From Fimicolochytrium jonesii (Eukaryota): a stretch of DNA of 64,000 nucleotides. The notes beneath the pieces are model-generated. The model was not told the DNA's origin. It was given only the letters and a program-made list of their open reading frames with translations, and made no database searches. Within the stretch, counting starts at the first letter, position 1, and each line of letters opens with the position of its first letter. Where the stretch lies: assembly GCF_025526975.1 (NCBI RefSeq), contig NW_026515688.1, positions 372,001-436,000 on the forward strand, written 5' to 3'. Shown piece after piece: positions 11,201 through 23,800 of the stretch. A program made the position numbers and the translations under genes.

Positions 11201-14200
11201 GGCTGCAGCGGTTCTGGCCAGATGCCTGTCCGATCTTGCCGTCAAAGGCAGTGAAGGAGCCCTGGTGCAGCAATACATTGACGATTACTGCTTCGTACCG
11301 AAAGAGGGTTCCTGCGAAATCTACGCCCGGTCCCATGATTTCACCGAGTTGGAAGAGTATTATGTGCAAAAGTCGATTGTCAGTGCGCTCGGAACAATAC
11401 GCCTTGACGACGATTATGCACCGAAATCTTGTCAGCGCTTGCTGCTCAACCTACTGAAGTTCAATGACAATACGAACAACCAGTATTCCGATAACTATTT
11501 CATGGCCAACCTGATTTTGGCCCTTGGTGATGCCTTTCTACCGCAAAGCAGCCTGAAACCGAGGAGACCGCCAATCGTTGCGCCACGCATTTCAGCGACG
11601 TCCGGAGATGTAGAAGAGTTCTTCTTCGGTGGGGATAGCGACGACGAAGACTTTACCGTCAGTCGTGCGGTTACCGACATTCACGAGGCCGCGTATTTCA
11701 AGGAGGCTTTGGAAGAAATCGATCGTCGGTGCCTATTGGATCGTTTCATCCCGTCGTATCATAACACAGTCACGATTGCAACACTGAGAGTCAAACTCAA
11801 ATGGATGCTGGCTGGACTCATACCTGTGGATGTGGGCCTTTTCCTGCAACACGCACGGCAAGGCCATTTCTTGGGGGTGCGATTGATGGGAATAGATGGG
11901 TTGTTTCTCCTGAAAGGCCTGGCGTATAGTCAGGTCGCGCGCTTCTTACTGGCCGTTGTGGCCGATGATCCCGTACCGTATGTGCGTTATCATGCGGCAA
12001 AAGCTTTAGCAGAATACGTTGAAGTCCTGGTCGCGGAAGGCAAAGCGGTGACTCCGGAGAATGGGGCTGGAGATCCCTTATCGAATGGCGCAGGGGCGAA
12101 CATCAACGAGTTCGATATCCTTCGTTGGCAAATCGCCGCTCAGCCTGATACGGCTCGCATCGTGTGGGAATTGATGAATTCTGCCAAAACCTTGGAACAT
12201 CGAATCAGAGTGAACCTACTCCGCTTCTGTGAATATCTTTACGACCCTGCGCCTGAGGACAAAACGCACGGCGTCAATGGAGGAGCTCATACGAAGCTGA
12301 AGATTAAAATGGCGATCAAGAGACCTCATGATGAAAGTGGCAGTGAGGACGAGATGGCACTGTTGCCACCCAAAAAAGTGACACTCAAAGATGGCAACAA
12401 GCGCAGGAAGCTCGACGACCACAAAATCAAATTGAAGCCGCAACCTCCCCCGGAGCCACTCCTTCCTCCAGATGCGGGGTTCCTGGCGATTTGCGAAAAG
12501 TGTTTGGATCGCTTGATATGTCACGGGTCCTCCGCTCTGTTTGTGTTCCCGGTCGACGCTCTCAGGAACGCAGAGTACTATCGCATCATAAAGAAGCCGA
12601 TGGATTTGCAAAGCGCGAGACGAAATGCTAGCACCGGAGTTTACGCGAACGACATCAACCGGTTTTTGGCTGACATTCGGCTGATTTTTCGCAATTGTTA
12701 CGAGTATAACGTGGATGACAGTAACCCGTATCGACAAGCAAAGAAGCTTGAGACGTTCTTTGAAGAGTCTGTCGTCCCGGATGTCATGAAGGCCGTGCAA
12801 GAGCTGGCAGATAAGAAGGCAACGGCCATGGCGGAGGCGGCGGCAGCTGAGATGGCGGTGGCGGAGCAGGCCCAGCGTGTAGCCTCGCAAGCTGTGCAAG
12901 AAGAAAAAGCTGCACCGCTCTCTGCCTTGCCCAGTCCGCCTCCTGCGGGGGAGTTGTATCCAGCGCAAGAACCTGTCCGCGAGCTCGTGGTGCCCTCAGT
13001 ACCTGCGTTGTCGATAGCGCCGGCGGAACAGCTCCAAGGGACAAAGGGTGGAATGACTGCACAAGAGTTCGATATGTGTCTCAAGCTGTGGAAAGTTGTT
13101 CACGGCAACCCTGTTGCGTACTGGTTTTACGCTCCTGTAGATCCCGTCGCCCTTAACATCCCTAACTATCCCCAAGTGATCAAAAACCCGATGGATCTTT
13201 CAACCATCAAGTCGAAACTTGACCAGCGGATCTACAACGCACCCTCGGAATTCAAGGCAGATGTCCGTTTGATGTTGAATAACTCCCTGCAATTCAATCC
13301 TCCCGGTACACTCGTCCATAACGATTCCAAGATTCTTTTGCATGATTTTTCGAAGGCATGGAATGAGCGCGCCAAGTATCTGCGCGACCACTCGACTTCG
13401 AATGCAGCCAACAAGGTTTCGAAGATCCCGACGGGTGACGACAAGGTGGGTACGCCACCTCCATCCGCAGGACTCTCCTCCGCCGACTACGCGCAATGCT
13501 CTCAAGTATTGAGGAAACTATCGAATGCCGGTCCGATCGCCGAGCCGTTCTTGGAACCGGTTTCCAAAGTCCTATACCCGTACTACCATGAAGTCATCAA
13601 GTCACCAATGGATCTTCACACGATTCGTAAACGATTGGAGGGCAAGCGGTATAAAACGTTGCGGGACTTTGAGGCCGATGTCCGTTTGATGCTCAGCAAC
13701 TGCTTCACTTTCAACCGACCTGGTGATCCGGTGTATACTCAGGGCAAAACCCTCGAAACAATCTTTGAACAGAGCTGGACGAAGCCGAAAGGGACAGCAA
13801 TTTCAAAGAAGTCGTCAAACGCTGGCTCCCTTCCCGCTAGCCCAGCGCCCCACACACCTCCGGCGGTTCCATCCCCAATCGGCCCCCCACCTCCCGTAAC
13901 TGTTCCGGAAGAAAAGGCGGAGCTACAACCCGGGGACCGCAAGGCTTTGCAACGCCTGCTTCAAAAACTGCAAGCACATCCTGCCGCAGCAGTTTTCTTG
14001 CAGCCCGTAGATCCAGTTGCGCTGAACATCCCCCATTACACCCAAGTGATCAAGAATCCGATGGATTTGGGCACAATTCAGAAGAAGCTGGACTCAGGGT
14101 CGTATGTGACGCCGGCTCAGCTTGCGGCTGATGTGGAGTTGATGCTCAGCAATTGCTTCACGTTCAACCTACCTGGTGAGTGCATAATCCCCGGCCAGAA

Positions 14201-15095
14201 TACGCAAAACTATGATTTTTTTTCTCACTTTTGCTTTCTAAAGAGGACTGGGTTTATGGCCAGGGCAAGATCTTGGAAGCAGAATTCAAAAAAGCTTGGA
14301 AAAAGCTATTAGTTCAACAAGGGACCTCGCAAACAGCCGCGAAGGCTGCGGTACGGCAGACGACGCCGGCCAGCGTCGCAAGAGGCCCATCCCCAGCTCC
14401 CTCGCGTCCCGCATCGGTACTGCCACCGCAGCGTCCGTTATCGGTGACGGACGAGGCTAAAATTCGCAAAGCTCTCGATGCGGTTAGCGCTTTCGAAAGT
14501 GCGGGCATCTTCACCGTCCCAGTCGATCCGCTCGTGCTACCGGACTACCATCTCAAAGTCAAGAACCCAATCGATCTGCAGACGATGCGCGGGAAACTGG
14601 ATGCCAATGAATACCTGTTGCTGAATGAATTCGAGGCTGACATGAAACTGCTCTTTGACAACTGCTATACCTATAACGAGAAGTCGAGTTACGGGCATAA
14701 CTGCGGGGTGGCAACGGAGAAATACTTCAAACGATTGTGGAAGAGTATAAAGGGCGCATCTGATTCCACAGAGGTACGAATTCGTTTGTTACATGGACAC
14801 TATCGCTTTTGGTTGTTAAATCTTTCGGTTGGGGATGCAGAAGGACAAGAAGCGTATGGATAATACACGCGAATCAAGCAACGGATTGTGGAGCGGGAAC
14901 GCAGCTACGTCCGCCACCGATCAAGTCCATTTACAGCAACATCAATCTAACTCCAAGCGGAAGAGGAAAGGCGGGGAGGATGATGGTCAGCGCAAGAAAG
15001 TCAAAGTTGAGGGCGGTGCCCGAGAGGAGAACGTCCCCCCAAATTCTGGGGCCCCTCGGCCGTCTGTCAAGCTCAAGATTAGCGTAAAGAAATAG
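8208..15095 (+). CDS. TAF2: TFIID subunit TAF2 (M1-aminopeptidase-like fold) with five C-terminal bromodomains; multi-exon
   Basis: SHQKVVLDVDF, IRLNSRQ, TRMWIPCID, FAVGPFE, FADQWVYGSGCP, FEWIRLDPDNDW, FNDNTNNQYSDNYFMA, then five PVD...PMDL...N(C/S)xx(F/Y)N bromodomain repeats. Confidence 0.93.
8273..8397 (+). other. Predicted AT-AC intron (TAF2 intron 1, 125 nt, phase 2)
   Basis: CAA TT|ATAAGT...TCTACAC|A TCT CAC CAA AAA gives KPFQLSHQKVV; the unspliced frame hits TAA and no strong GT-AG pair restores the frame. Confidence 0.78.
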
Positions 15096-15227
15096 GAAAT
15101 GGGCTGATTGGTTTATATCATTCATGTCTTCAGAACGTAAATATGATCGAAATTGCGGTCTCCTATGAAGAACATCTTCAAGGTTCATTCTTCCTGGCTT
15201 TCTCCTGCACTACACTAGTGAAACTTC

Positions 15228-16624
15228 CTAACGTGGACCCCACAAGCTATCGCCCCAATCGGTACCGAGCGGGATTGAAGTTGATCTTCGCCTCCTGCGC
15301 ACCTCCGCCTTCCCTCGCCGGTTGCGTCGGTTGCGTTTTTTTGCCCAAGTGATTGCCCTCAATGAACGTGCGTACAGACTGAACTCCGAATTGGCATCTT
15401 TTGCACGTTCCAACATTTGCCGATGTTCCCTCCGCGTCTTTCCTCGTGGCCGCCGCCGCCGCCGCTGCAGATGTGGAAAGTAATCGCTCAAGAATCTGGA
15501 TGCTGCCGGCATTTGATCTTTACGCTCATCCTCCCCGGCTTTCAACTTTCCCTTAACGAGGTCCCCGCTACCACCAACGCGGGTTTCTTCTACATTTGCT
15601 GAGCTGGTAGGGACTTCGTAAAACGAACACCAATCCGGCTCGACAGCCTTGCTTCTTGGCACCTGCACAGCGTGAATCAGCTGAACACCTTCCGGCATCC
15701 GGGGAGCGTATATCGCAACATTTGACTTTGCTATGTCCTCAGGGCGGGGGTCGCGCCCCAACTCTGCGGAAGCAAGTAAAATGTCCTGATCTCGACTTAT
15801 AGGATCTCCATCTTTCTCATCTGCGTCCGTTAAACTTCCGGGATAAGGCATCGATTTAGGATTAGCGTCCCCACTTCCAATTCCAGCAGCGGTGGCATAG
15901 ACGTCCACCGATGGCTCATAGAACTCGAATAGATCGCTTTCGGAGATGTCTGCATATCCCTTGGCCATCTCAATGAACTCCGAAACCTCAGCCAAGTACT
16001 CGGGGATGAAGTCTTCATGGCCGTATGCCTCCGGGGATGGATCGATCAAGTCGATCAGATCGAGATATGGATTCGCCTTTGTCCACGCATCTTCCAATAA
16101 GTCTTCGTCAGAACGTTCTGCATGACGGTATTTCGAGGAACGATGAGGCGCCGGTTGATGCTTTTGGAGGTCGGGGCGCTCAAAGCGGAATGACCCTTTA
16201 CGATAACCCCGTACGCTGTTGCAGCCGGCTCTGCTCTTCTCGAACGGAGCGGCACGTCGAGAAGAACGTAGAAGCGGTGAATATAGCAAGGAGCTACTCA
16301 GTCCGGGAACGTCCAGACTTGACGGGGTGATAGGGGTGATAGAACGCAAGCGAGAAGAGCGGATTGACCACTTTGAGTTCGAGAGATGGATGATCCACGT
16401 CAAAGGATGCGTAGTCGTTTTCCAAGTTGCCATCCACGCTCAACGCCGAAGGGCTCTCTCGCCAAAGGACATCGACCAGGCGGTAAGGCCTCCTCTTGTC
16501 CAAGTTGTCTTCGGTTTTCGAAGTTTTGGTTTCGATGGTTCGACTCACTGAGGGTTCGACTTTTGAATTCAGAACTTTGAAGAGAAACAGTTCGCTCTGT
16601 CCGACGCGGTGTCCGACGATTCAT
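15228..16624 (-). CDS. Hypothetical protein; 5' exon structure uncertain
   Basis: 401-codon open frame 15228-16433 with acidic centre and basic C-terminus; plausible upstream exon from ATG 16624 with a GTGAGT donor. No family recognised. Confidence 0.5.
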
Positions 16625-16831
16625 AACTCGTCTCTCATCTCCCGGACTTTTCCCAACTTTCCCCTACCGGTACTACTCAGGGTACTACTTGGACTCTAGA
16701 TCTACGCTACCACGCCTGCTGGTGGGTCTGGACTCTGGAGTGTCCGGAAAAGAGTTAGTTATTCGAGTATTCCGCTGTAGGGAAGGCAGCCTACATATCG
16801 CTCCTCCCAACACTTCGCCCTTCGAACAACA

Positions 16832-18682
16832 ATGTCCGCCAGTGCGTCGATTTTCGAGGCGGACCAAACGCTTCGCCGCCGGCGGCCGTCTGGCGACGAA
16901 AGCGCCGGTGCGACGACCTCCTCTTTGCGCTCCATTCGTTCAAATACGACACCTCGCACCCGGGTGTCGAGGAGAGCGAGGCCGGCTCAGGCTGGACCCA
17001 TAATATCTATCTGGGACGTGGCCACCATAGGACTTCTGTTTTTCTATCTATACCTGGCGCCATATACGAAGGTGGAAGAGTCGTTCAACCTACAAGCCGC
17101 CTACGACCTGATCGAGCACGGGCCCCAGAACCCGCAGATCTTTGACAACCTCGCATACCCTGGAGTTGTGCCGCGGACTTTTGTCGGTCCTCTCGTCATT
17201 TACTGCCTAACGTATCCCTTGAAGCTGCTATCTATGCCTTTATTCACATGGCAGTACATTGTCCGCGGCGTATTGGGCCTCGCTGTTGGCATCTCGCTTG
17301 CGCGTATCCGTCGCGCGGTTCATAATGACTTTGGGCCCGTTGCCGCCAACTGGTATGGGGCGTTCACGGCGGCACAGTTTCATCTGACATTTTGGGGAAC
17401 ACGGACTCTTCCGAATACATTCGCATTCGTTCTGGTGAACTCGGCATTTGCGCTCTGGATCGGGTCACCACGGACGATGCCCACTGACATTGAGGAAGAA
17501 AGCTTTGGAGAACCATATGCGTTGAAAATGACGGCGCTACTCGTGTTCACATCAGCAGTGTTTCGATGTGATGTAGCGTTGCTGACGGCCGCAATCTTGA
17601 TTGGCGAGTTCACCCGCACCCCTTTCGTTCCGGTGATCAAGCATGCGATGAAAACCGGCCAGTTCTCGGTCCTAATCACAACAGTGGTGGATTCCTGGTT
17701 CTGGCAACAAGTTACGTGGCCGGAACTGTCAGTATTTCAGTTCAACACCGTCAAAAACGGGTCGGAAGCGTATGGTGTTATGCCATACCATGCCTATTTC
17801 TCGCGTTTGCTACCCAAAATGTCTCCATTGGGCATTCCCCTTGTCACCTACGCGTTCGGAGTGGAACCGAGAACGAGAAGGTACACCGTACCCGTCGCAG
17901 CGTTCGTAGCGCTGTACTCCTTCCTTCCGCACAAGGAATGGAGGTTCATCATCTACGCGCTACCGATCATGAACGCAATGGCAGGGGTGGCCGTCGCACA
18001 CATCAGTAGGCCCAGCGCGGACTGGCGAAAAACACGGCGTTCCGCTGTGCTCGCGCTCAAGTTTTATGTGCTGGCACATTTCGCTGCGTCGTTCTTCATG
18101 GCTTACGTTTCGTCATTCAACTACCCTGGTGGGGAGGCGCTGGCCCGCGCAAACCACGATATATACCCGTATCCCACCGCGGCCTCTGAAAGTCTAAGCG
18201 AAGCCGACAGGCCTTACGTTCATCTTGATGCACCCACGGCGATTTCGGGTGCGTCGTTGTTTGGACAGGATCGGAGGATCAGATACTCGAAGAACGAGAC
18301 GTACTCCACACCAGAGGAATATTTCAAGGAAGGGTTCACACATCTGATCACCGCCGATCCACACTTTCACTTGGGCTTGCGGGACGAGCTCAACCAAGAA
18401 GCGTGGACACCTGTGGAGGTCATCTATGGGTATGCCGGCCTCGAGAGGTATCCCGGGGGTCTGACGGCTTGGGCGAAAGATGTTATCCACAGGGCTGGCG
18501 ACGTATTACGACAAGACAAGCTGACGAGAGCGGCCTTGATGATCCTTGACGACGACCCTATTGTAGCCCAGCCGAAAACGCGGCCACTCTCGGTCTGGGA
18601 TGTCCCTGTGATCCCGGTCATGATTCGCTTGGAGCCTAAATTATGGATCTTGGAGAGCATACGATATCCCGTTTTTCCTTGA
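16832..18682 (+). CDS. ALG12: Dol-P-Man alpha-1,6-mannosyltransferase (GT22); single exon
   Basis: APYTKVEESFNLQA, YPGVVPRTFVG, QFHLTFWGTRTLPN, YSFLPHKEWRFIIY, NYPGGEAL; multiple hydrophobic segments. Confidence 0.92.
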   Translation: MSASASIFEADQTLRRRRPSGDESAGATTSSLRSIRSNTTPRTRVSRRARPAQAGPIISIWDVATIGLLFFYLYLAPYTKVEESFNLQAAYDLIEHGPQNPQIFDNLAYPGVVPRTFVGPLVIYCLTYPLKLLSMPLFTWQYIVRGVLGLAVGISLARIRRAVHNDFGPVAANWYGAFTAAQFHLTFWGTRTLPNTFAFVLVNSAFALWIGSPRTMPTDIEEESFGEPYALKMTALLVFTSAVFRCDVALLTAAILIGEFTRTPFVPVIKHAMKTGQFSVLITTVVDSWFWQQVTWPELSVFQFNTVKNGSEAYGVMPYHAYFSRLLPKMSPLGIPLVTYAFGVEPRTRRYTVPVAAFVALYSFLPHKEWRFIIYALPIMNAMAGVAVAHISRPSADWRKTRRSAVLALKFYVLAHFAASFFMAYVSSFNYPGGEALARANHDIYPYPTAASESLSEADRPYVHLDAPTAISGASLFGQDRRIRYSKNETYSTPEEYFKEGFTHLITADPHFHLGLRDELNQEAWTPVEVIYGYAGLERYPGGLTAWAKDVIHRAGDVLRQDKLTRAALMILDDDPIVAQPKTRPLSVWDVPVIPVMIRLEPKLWILESIRYPVFP

Positions 18683-18854
18683 GCTGAGCCTGTTTCTTCT
18701 GTTTCGATAGACGCTGCACACTTCTCATTTTTGTTCGTGCTACGACGCTAACTGAGAGTTTGGGCACGCATGGCCGGCGTTGCGCCTTTACGCTCGTTTA
18801 TTGCAAGTAACTGTATCTATTGTTCTTCGCCAACATTGTACATTATATCTATCG

Positions 18855-20200
18855 CTAGCGAGCCTTTCGGTGCTCGGGAGCATGACTTGTCTCATAATCG
18901 ATATGCACAAACGCCCGTTCCACATTCGGCAGCGTTTCGATCTTATTCTGTAGCGCTTCTGCGATGTCGTGCGCTTCGCATACGAGCATATCGGGTGGTA
19001 GAACGATGTCGACCTCGACGAAGAAGTTGTTCCCGGCGTGGTATGCTTTGCAAGTGTCGACTTGTTTGACTCGCGGGTCGTGGGTCATGGAGATATAGGT
19101 TACTTTCTGCAGGAACGCTGAGTCCGCGGTCTTCCCCACAATGTACTGAACGTGCTCTGCAAGAGACGATAAGGTTAGACTCTGCGTAGCACATGCATGG
19201 CAGTGATACAAGCACTGTAACTTTACCCCATGCCGTGCTAGACCAAGAACGCAAAATCAAGAGCGAGATGAGGATGGCGCCAAGAGGATCGAGCCACCAC
19301 ACAACTTTGGAACCCAAAATCGAAAGTGAGATTCCGACGGAGTTCATAAACACATCGTTTCGGTGGTCCTGCGCCAGGATTTTCGCTGATGGATACTGCG
19401 ACAAGGTTCGGCAATAGAGATACAGGGCGATTTTGACTCCGATGGCTGCTCCAACGAGTCCTATAGAGATCGGGGACAAATCGATGTCGTGGGATGCGGA
19501 TATAAGTGTACGTACGCCTTCGATCTCATTTTGGAAAGCGTTAGTTCAGATGTCAATCGTATCGCATACACAAGTATCAAAGACTTACCAGCAACTGAAT
19601 AGATAATGTTCCCATCATGATAGAAAAGATCAGAATTCCAGCTGTTTCCATTCGGGTCTTGCCCGTAGGGTATAGCAATGGGTTCTCCGTCAAGGCGGCC
19701 TTTCCAGCAAACACGAGAACCAGTGACGATGCCAAATCCATGAAAGCGTCAGCCGTCGTGGCGAACAATGCCAAAGACCCAGACAAGACGGCTGCGACGA
19801 GTTGTAGTGCGAATAAGCACACATTGGCGACCACGGATCCATATACCGCAATCTTCAGCTTCAGAAGACGCCTCTCCTCTCCCTCCTCTACAACGTCTGG
19901 CGGACGAAGAAGGTCGTCGATGAGCTCATTCTGCTTTTCGTAAAATTTCGATAGCTTCCTCTTTCCCGACTTGGAGAGGTTTTCGAGCTCCGAGTCCGAG
20001 ACTTTCCGTTGACGAAGCAGTAGAGGGTCACTCTCGCCTCCTCTGACGACTTCGAGGTCAATGTCGACAGGCGTTGAGAGACTGCTGCTCATGACCGCCA
20101 TCGACGAGGCATTGTGGCGTGCGCTTTGGAGCGATAGTCTAGGGCTGGTGATGATTTGAGGGTTTGCTGACAGATCGGTCAGTTCTACTGTCGACGTCAT
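18855..20200 (-). CDS. Cation diffusion facilitator, Mn-CDF/metal tolerance protein-like; 3 exons
   Basis: FYEKQNELID, SGSLALFATTADAFMD (DxxxD), YPTGKTRMET, AQDHRNDV, HDIAEALQNKIETLPNVERAFVHIDYE. Confidence 0.9.
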
Positions 20201-20835
20201 GCCGGAAAGCTGTGTGGAAGGATAACGGGTTTCCTTCGCCCAGCACTTATGCGAAGTTGGGCAGGGGCCTCGCTGGGCTGTCTTGAGAGAGGAACCAGGA
20301 CGAGATGCGAGCCTTTGGAAGTTTTTCTAGTCTGCCTGACGTCTTTGGACAATTAACTTTAAATCGCCAGTGTACCGAATACTTGGACATTTGGAGGTTC
20401 CGACGGTACCGAGGGTCATTTAGCGACCATGGGTCATGAACACGGATCCCGTTATCCCGTTACTCGGTAGGATCCTCGTCATCGGGAGACGTCTGAGCTT
20501 CAGAAGTTCAGAGCAGTGGGTACAGCGGGACGTTGAACATTTGCAATTTCCTGATTGCGCACTGGAGCATAATCACCTCTAGGAGGTCCTGGCGTCGGCG
20601 CCCCGAAGGGAGAATCCCTTGAGCTGGACATTTCAAAGGTTTCCGACAGCCTTATTCTATGGATTCGCTTTCTGGTTCACGTCCCGCAATTTTTCCGACA
20701 GCTTTGTTGCGTGGCATCCCTTTCTGAACCCCCTCCCGCAAGGTTGCCGACAGCCTTCTTCAGTGGCCTTCCCTTTCCGGGACGACCTTCAGCATCTGCG
20801 TCAAACCACCCTCGCAACGCTGGCGTCCCTCGAAA

Positions 20836-23800
20836 ATGATGGAAGAACAATTTGACTCGGGTCCCTATCCAAGCCCGCTCGTCTTGTCGGCAGACGGTCA
20901 GGGGCTTGGCGGCGTTATGGGGGAACTGGTTCGGTCGAAAGACTGGTCCGAAACGCCACTTGGACCTCTCGAAAACTGGAGCTACACATTGAAGACGGCC
21001 GTTAGCTTTACGCTAAATGCCGCATTTCCTTTCATCCTTGCCTGGGGAGAGGCGGGAAACGTCATATACAACGACCGGTATATACCCATCATGGGACAAC
21101 GCCACCCATCAACCCTGGGGGCCCCTGTCGCGGAAGTATGTAAAGAGTCCATCCATGTAGTCGGACCCATGTTTGAAAAAGCTAGGGAGGGAACTGCTGT
21201 TTCCTGCGAGGACGGTTTGCTGCAGGTTAACCGCAATGGGTATTTGGAAGAAGCTTATTTTTCGTGGTCCTACTCTCCCATACGGAACCCCGACGCATCG
21301 ATTGCGGGGGTCCTCGCTCCGACACAGGAGACAACGCATCGTGTCCTGCGACATCGGCGATTGACGCTGCTGCGTGATGTGGCCTCGGGAACCGCAGATG
21401 TTGCCTCACAACACGCAGCATGTCAGATATTTAGCGACATTGTAGCGAAAAACAATGCGGACATTACCTTTGCATTGATCTATCTCATCGACTCGACTGG
21501 CAAGAGATTGGAGCTCGCAGGCCGGGCCGTGCTCGCTGAAGACCATCCAGCATCGGTCCCGTCCATTCAACTAAGTGAACATGCGGCCACTGCTGCCGCG
21601 TGGCCGGTGGAGCAGGTGTTGGGCGAGCGCTGTGCTGTCGAAGTGACAGGTTTGGAAGAGCGATTCGGTTTCATTCCTAGTGGATGTCAGCTGCCAACCT
21701 CCAATGCCATATGCTTGCCGCTTGACGGACCTAGTCACGAAAGCATCGGAGTCGTGGTCTTCGGTGTGAATCCGCGGCGAAAGCTTGACCCTGAGTACGG
21801 GGACTTTTTGGATCTTGCCAGATCACAGCTCTCGTCGGCCATTTTCCGCGGCCGTTGCGTGATGGAGGAGCGACGACGACTAGAAACCTTTGCCGAGATT
21901 GATCGGGCGAAATCTGTGTTCTTCAGGTAGGAGCGACCGTGCAAGAAAGCTACGATCAGTTTCTCTCAACTCACATCTTCTTCGTTTCCAGCAATGTCTC
22001 GCACGAATACCGAACGCCCCTCACGCTGATCCTCGGCCCTGTTGCTGAGCTACTTGCCGACGACTCCTTGAGCACCAAGCAGCGGGAACACGTCCGCATG
22101 ATCGAGCGTAATGCGCAGCGGCTATACAAACTTGTGAATGCCGTCTTGGATTTTTCAAAACTGGAGGCGGGAAGAATGGACGCACGGTTCCGCCTTACAG
22201 ACATCAGCCTCGTCACCGCTCACACGGCGTCGATGTTTCGCTCAACAATGGAGAAAGGAGGGCTCCAATTTGTGGTGGACACGCCGGCCTTGGGCGAGCT
22301 CGTTTACTTGGATGTCGACATGTGGGAGAAGATCGTGCTCAATTTGCTCAGCAATGCGTTCAAGTCTTGTAGACATGGGAAGGTGACCGTTAGAATCTAT
22401 AAAACCGAAACGGACGTCCTTCTCGAAGTCGACGACACGGGCTGTGGGATAGCGGAGGGTGAGATGGATCGCCTGTTCGAGCGGTTTCATCGTTGCCACT
22501 CGTCGTACGGCAGGTCGGTGGAGGGCACCGGCATCGGACTTTCTTTGACAAACGAGTACGTCCGTCTCCATGGTGGAGAGATCCGGGTGGAGTCGAAAGT
22601 CAACGTGGGAACGAAATTTGTAGTATCCATTCCCTTTGGGAAAGGACATTTGCCTCTCGAAAACATCATCAGCGACGCTCCTGAGGGGCTTCCTACACAA
22701 GACCGTCGCGGAAGCAAATCGTCATCGGAAGGACGGGCTATTGTTCAGGAAAGTTTGCGGTGGGTCAGGGAAGACGCAAGCTTGCTAGACGAAAATGGGG
22801 ACACTTCGATGCAACCCACATCTCTGAGCAATCTATCAGCGTCGTCAGATTACTCTATCGGAATGGAAGATCCGGCGCTCCCTTTAGTGCTTCTCGCGGA
22901 CGACAACGCGGATATGAGAGAATACGTCGGTGGTCTGCTCGCTAAGTTCTGCACCGTCAACGTCGTTTCCGACGGGCTACAAGCGTATCAGAGCGCAATT
23001 GATGATCCACCTGACCTTATCATATCGGACGTAATGATGGGAGGTCTGACAGGCTTTGAGCTTTTAGAGAAAGTCAAAGCCGACGGGCGAACTCAAAGCA
23101 TTCCGGTCATTTTACTCTCTGCCCGCGCGGGAGAAGAAGCGAAAGTGGAAGGGCTCCGTTCCGGCGCTGATGACTATCTAGCGAAGCCGTTCTCTGCAAA
23201 GGAGTTAAGAGCCAGAGTACGGACGCAACTGACGATCGGGAAGATGCGCGCCGACCTGGAAGAGCAAGTCAAACGGCGTACAAATGAATTGGAGAACCTG
23301 ACTAGGCAATACAAAATGCTTGTGTCCTTGAGCCCTGTGGGCATCGCCAAGATGAACATGAAGGGCGAGTTCACGTTCCACAGCGAGACCTGGTGGCGAG
23401 TCGTGGGAAGAGATTCTGCGCTGGATAACCCAGATGATTGGGCAAAGTGGATGGCCGACGGTTCGAAATCAGTCACAGCTGCAGAGATGGCGGAGATACT
23501 AGAAACAAGGAAGTCCATGCGAAGCGAGGCCGAATTGATTCGAAGAGACAACGGGGAACATATTTGGGTTATGTCGACGTTTGTCTTCCGAAGATTTTCA
23601 GAGGACGGCATCTCCTCCTCTGATAAAGATGATGGAGAATTCTACATTGCGGTCTGCGACATCACCAAAGAGAAGAAGCTCGAGCTTGAGAAACTGGATG
23701 CCATCCAAAATCTCGCTGAGGAACAAAAAAGGCGCGCTGAGGAAGCAGAGGAAAACAAACGCCAACAGGAAGAATTTGTGGTATGTCCTCGAAGTATCAC

